Part shown: positions 60,748 to 64,000 of the stretch, piece by piece | Numbering within the stretch: position 1 is the first letter of the stretch | Layout: the number at the start of each line of letters is the position of its first letter | DNA from: Selaginella moellendorffii | Taxonomy: Eukaryota > Plantae > Lycopodiophyta | Reading direction: 5' to 3' | DNA length: 64,000 nucleotides | Assembly (NCBI RefSeq): GCF_000143415.4 | Contig: NW_003314366.1 | Coordinates: forward strand, 248,001 to 312,000 | The notes under the pieces: generated by a model | What the model saw: only the letters and a program-made list of their open reading frames with translations | Database searches by the model: none | Told to the model about the DNA's origin: nothing | Position numbers and translations under genes: made by a program

Positions 60748-62507
60748 CCCCTGCAGCACCACCCCCCCGCGGGATGATCGCTTGGCTTTCACCCAATAGC
60801 CTATATTAGTATTTGGACTTGGACTCGGACTCGGTCTCAGTCTCGGTCTTGGTCTCAATTCCATCTCGGACTCTATCTCGGGTCCATCTCGGACTCCATC
60901 TCCGGTTCATATCAGACTCCATCTCGGACTCCATCTCGATTCCATCTCAGACTCCATCTCAAACTCCATCTCGGGTCCATCTCGGACTCCATCTTGGGTC
61001 CATCTCAGACTCCATCTCGAGTCCATCTCAAACTCCATCTCAGACTCCATCTCAGGTCCATCTTGAACTCCATCTCGGACTCTATTTTGGGTCCATCTTG
61101 GACTCTATCTCAGGTTCATCTCAAACTCCATCTTAGGTCTATCTCGAACTCCATCTCGGACTCCATCTCAAACCCCATTTTGGGTCCGTCTTGTGTTCCT
61201 TTTCTAGAGACTCACTTATTACTTGCTTCATACTCGTTCCTTGAGCACTTCATTGAGAGTTCCACTGCCACTCTCAACTTTTCAAGTTGGAGCTTTTAGT
61301 CCAAATGTGTTATGCTAGTTTGGCTTTTGCTTTGGCCACTACCACGTGGCACCCTTTTGGCTCCACTTTGGGGCTTAGAGATTTATGCCTCACACTTCCC
61401 TGGGAACGATCGCTTTGGGCTTTCACCCCTTGACTTGTATTAGTATTCAGACTTAGACTTAATTTCGAACTCAATCTCGGACTCAATCTCGGACTCAGTC
61501 TCGGTCTCAGTCATGATCTCAGTCTTGGCCTTAGCCTTGGTCTTGGCCTCAATCTTGGACACAGTCTCGGTCTTAGTCTCGGCCTCAATCTTGGACCCGA
61601 TCTCTATTTCCATCTTGGACTCAACCTCGGGCTCCATCTTGGACTTTATTTTGAACTTCTTTTCAGACTCCTTTTTAAACTTCATTTTAGATTCAATTCT
61701 GACACTTCCATGTGTCATGACACTTGAAATTCCACTCTAGTTTCAACTTTTCAAGTCGGAGTTTTTTATCTAAACGTGTTACATTCATTGAACTTCCACT
61801 TTTAACCACTGCTGTGTAGCAGCTCCACTTTGGGGCTTGAGATTTGTGTCTCATAGTTTAATAATAATACTCTCAAAAAAATTTCAAATTAAACTTCAAT
61901 GTAATACATTTATATTCTCTTAAAATATAAATATTGAGAAAAAATTATTTTTAATGTTTTCTTTTTTAAATCTATTATTAATAACTCCACATTTATCAAA
62001 AATTAATAACTTCATACAGCAATTTTAGCTGTATATTTTTCAATGTCTTAGCATAGCAAATTAAATTAATATACTTTAACAGATGTTTCCTCAAACTTCT
62101 TCTCAATAGATTAAAGCATATCTCTAGGAATATCCTGTCCTCACAAATAAGTTTCCCTGCCGAAGATTCCAGTCAGCTGACCGAATGTCCTAGTGCATAT
62201 TCCTATCTCTACAGTGAAGGCGGCCATTTTGTGCTTTAGCCCCCGGGACGAGGGCTTGGAGTGCAGTGCAAGATAAGCACGCGCCTTGCTAGGTCACTAG
62301 TCTGCTCGCCTCCAACGGGATCGTCCCTCGCCGGCCGTGCCTCCCATCGCCACTGCTGCCTCTCCTCTCATTCCCTTGGCGGCCGGCAGGGCGACTTCGC
62401 GATTGAGAGGTATGGCATGGATTCGTGGCTTGGAATCTAGAATTTCACTCGTGCCCGTGGCAGATCCACGCAATTTGGAAGCTAAAGATCTTGGAAGCTA
62501 ATCTAGA

Positions 62508-63980
62508 ATGGCCGTGACCTTGAATGCTCCGGTCATCAATGCTGCTTCCAACGCCCAGGGCTTGGCCGCTCTAAACCAGGACCTCGCGCTTGGCTGCTCC
62601 AACACTGCGTTGGGAATCGCGAAAGCTGGGATCCTTAAGAGTAAGCTACTTGGAGCTCGCCCTTGCACTGGATTCTCGTCTCGACACCTCTCCCCGGCTA
62701 GGCTGCCTGTGAAATGCGGCTCCAGCTTCTACAGCGATGGAAACTTGGCGGATGATTCTATCCAGGACGATGAAAACTATATCAACTCCACTGTTTTGGA
62801 AGCTGGTAAGCTGTTTTGCAATAGCTTCTCTTACATCGATTCATGGAGATTTCTTTCCTTGTGTCTTCTTTAGTGGAGGTGAAGAGTGGAGCTGACGGTT
62901 TCATGATCACAATGCGAGATGGGCGTCACATAAGATGCGAGCACAACAATGCTGATGGTGGTCACTTACCAGACTACGCACCACAGCCGGCAATTGTGCT
63001 CAAGATGGACGACGATAGTAACCTTCTTCTTCCAATAATCGTTTGTAAGTCACGCCATCTTTGAGTTTCAACAGCTGTCTAACGCTTTTTCTTGCGACTT
63101 GGTTTCCTTGCAGTGGAGTTACCCTGTGCAATGCTCATGGAAGCTGTGCGAAACATTCAAGTTGTAAGTTTCGCATTTTCCTTTTGATGGAAAACTATAC
63201 CGTGTTTGTTACAGGCCAGACCAACAGTATACAATGTGATGAAAGATATGATTGAGCTGATGGGATATCAAGTACGTGAATGTTTCTGCTGGTTTTTTCT
63301 GCTTGTTCTGGATTGACAGCGACGTGGTGCAGCCCAAGCTTGTGCGCATCACAAAACGGGTACACGAAGCTTATTTTGCAAGACTGTATCTTGCAAAGGT
63401 ATTTTCAAGGTCACTTGTATAATCTATCGATGATGATGTTGCTTTTCGTTTGTTTCTTTTTGCAGGATGAGAATGGAACTCAGAAGATTTGCAGTCTCGA
63501 CGTGCGTCCTTCGGATGCTATAAATCTTGCAGTTCGTTGCCAGGTAAAAATCAAATTTTCAATGCAGGCAACAGAAAATAAAAATATCTTCTCTCTTCTC
63601 AGGTTCCGATTCAAGTGAACAAGCAACTTGCCTATTGCGATGGTGTTCGCATCGTCAAGGAAGCCATGAGGCTGCCACTAAAAGGTTTCAAGGGACTATC
63701 ATTGGACAGGTAACGCTCGCGAGTTTTCCCGGTAGCAAAGCAGCTGATTAGTTTCTCTCCCCTAGGCCGGAATCTGGAACATGTACAGAGGCGGAAGAGT
63801 TCGTCCTGGTCCGTAGCATGATGGTTGCAGCTGTGGAGGAGCGCTACAACGATGCAGCGCGCCTGAGAGACCAGCTCAGCAAGTTCCGTTCGTCCAAGAA
63901 GCGCCAGCAAGAGGTACGAGATGGACTTGCGATTTTGTTTTGGTGATGGACATGCACTGGTCTGGGTCTGGCAGGCGTAA
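62508..63980 (+). CDS. BBD: Bifunctional nuclease (DUF151 + UVR domain), multi-exon
   Basis: 'GGHLPDYAPQPAIVLKMDD...LLLPIIV', 'RPTVY', 'LDVRPSDAINLAVRC' and C-terminal 'AVEERYNDAARLRDQL'. Confidence 0.9.
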
Positions 63981-64000
63981 AGCGTTCATGGTGGACGATT

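Larger units (their letters stand above)
51058..61394 (-). mobile_element. Family B LTR nested in another B LTR (48162-~61855) and itself interrupted three times
   Basis: B sequence is continuous across 51058-51732, 59258-59602 and 60748-61394. The TSD is not cleanly recoverable. Confidence 0.65.

Overview
Eukaryotic plant nuclear DNA, most likely a lycophyte such as Selaginella. This is inferred from the ~45-60 nt introns, very compact gene spacing, PLS-type PPR genes and TTTAGGG motifs. The window has four parts. (1) 1-~8.2 kb is a decayed, intron-containing, two-gene DNA transposon (DUF7869/Sola1-like DDE transposase plus a divergent ORF). Its introns and UTRs carry about 14 copies of a 22-bp palindrome. 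(2) 8.6-10.1 kb is a tandem Cassandra (5S-carrying TRIM) array. (3) 11-32.4 kb is a dense host-gene block: two PPRs, an F-box gene, a DAACS/SLC1 transporter pseudogene, a GNAT, a SYMRK-like kinase lacking LRRs, a U-box/ARM ligase, a PB1 protein, a MAGL/CSE-like esterase and a GT34. (4) 36-62 kb is a deeply nested LTR-retrotransposon island, followed by a bifunctional nuclease gene. The island holds a near-intact Ty3/Gypsy chromovirus whose integrase is split by two short GT-AG spliceosomal introns, with a candidate third at the gag-protease junction. The top leads are the intron-bearing chromovirus, the palindrome-studded transposon, and the shared cis signals between the chromovirus and Cassandra. 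All calls were made by eye, with no database searches.
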